A stretch of 64,000 nucleotides of DNA from an uncultured Veillonellaceae bacterium (GTDB lineage Bacteria > Bacillota > Negativicutes > JARBTT01): the NCBI GenBank assembly GCA_963805085.1, contig CAWDTA010000002.1:2016001-2080000 (forward strand), given 5' to 3'. How positions within the stretch are numbered: the first letter of the stretch is position 1; every line of letters starts with the position of its first letter. Positions 63,339 to 64,000 of the stretch are shown here, in pieces. The position numbers were made by a program, and so were the translations under genes. The notes beneath the pieces are model-generated. The model did no database searches. It was given only the letters and a program-made list of their open reading frames with translations, and was not told where the DNA came from.

Positions 63339-64000
63339 ATGGAAAGATGGATGGAAGAATACCACAATAAGCCACCTGAATGCTATAAGAGATGCATTGA
63401 CTCTTTTAATGTTGAACACCGTATATATGAAGAAGTATGTTGCTACCATATGGTTCGCGTCTGTCCTCGCTGCGGCTCCGAACATGAGTATTATCATCGC
63501 CGTTGTCCGCACTGCGGTTTGGAAATATTTGAGTTGATGAAGATGGAACATCATGAAGGATTCATGCCTGGGTGCAAGCATGAGATGATGGAATATAAAA
63601 ATGAAATTGATACACAACTGCTTCCTTCAACAACAAGCCAAAAGGGGGCTTCTGTCAGGGACTTCTTTTTCAAAGATACATCATTTAATTTCGAAACGTT
63701 GCGTGCAGCTGGATTCGCGGTTGACAACGGCGCCGATATCAACGAAGTGTTCTTGACCGTTGCTGCAATCACGGAGGGCGATGAAGAAGCATGGATGCGG
63801 GAGTGGAAAGCCACCGCAGACCGTATGTATGAACGGGGTAAATATTCCTTCGTACATGGAGACAAGATTAGCGCACGGGAGGCACTCTTGCGTGCTTCGG
63901 CCTACTATCGCAGCGCTGAATTTTACCGTCGCAAGGATCCCCTAAACGATCCGTACGTTCCTGAGCTGTTCGGTCTTTCTCGCGAGGCTTTTGTGAAGGC
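63339..64000 (+). CDS. Cys/His-rich N-domain in frame with an alpha/beta hydrolase N-terminal region, 3'-partial
   Basis: SD GAGGGGGG, ATG 63339, open to the window end. CPRCG...CPHCG, then FFFKDTSFNFETLRAAG...GADINEV...AREALLRASAYYRSAEF. Confidence 0.65.
   Translation, partial: MERWMEEYHNKPPECYKRCIDSFNVEHRIYEEVCCYHMVRVCPRCGSEHEYYHRRCPHCGLEIFELMKMEHHEGFMPGCKHEMMEYKNEIDTQLLPSTTSQKGASVRDFFFKDTSFNFETLRAAGFAVDNGADINEVFLTVAAITEGDEEAWMREWKATADRMYERGKYSFVHGDKISAREALLRASAYYRSAEFYRRKDPLNDPYVPELFGLSREAFVK

Overview
This window looks like chromosome from a low-GC Firmicute, probably a Negativicute: the eno-pyk-secG-esterase-rnr-smpB-ssrA order is Firmicute-like, yet there is a Wzi-type outer-membrane protein. 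Bases 1-19,974 are mostly core genes: an ABC system, a diguanylate cyclase, an SMR pair, a putative cystine uptake/C-S lyase operon, eno, pyk, secG, rnr, smpB and tmRNA. A mosaic accessory region of more than 40 kb follows the tmRNA 3' end, with a 13-bp copy of the tmRNA terminus at 59,721 and no integrase visible. Two candidate novel systems stand out. (1) A frameshifted REP-associated HUH/Y1 transposase (RAYT) is accompanied by about 15 dispersed copies of a 23-27 bp site, GAC-N3-6-G[G/T]GACG[G/T]T[T/C]CT-N2-5-GTC. Several copies sit exactly at stop codons or gene truncation points and bracket unrelated cargo. One is split by an IS1182 and another runs into a group II intron-like 5' end, which suggests an integron-like cassette platform. 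(2) An AT-rich 10-gene cluster (GT2, class II aldolase, MazG-like, short HisG, GlpX-like, split transketolase, unknown, divergent PurM, histidine phosphatase) may make an undescribed nucleoside-type metabolite. The region also holds a repeated regulator/97-aa ORF/type I toxin-antitoxin module, an ETF-linked lactate dehydrogenase operon and several pseudogenes. All calls come from reading the sequence by eye; no searches were run.
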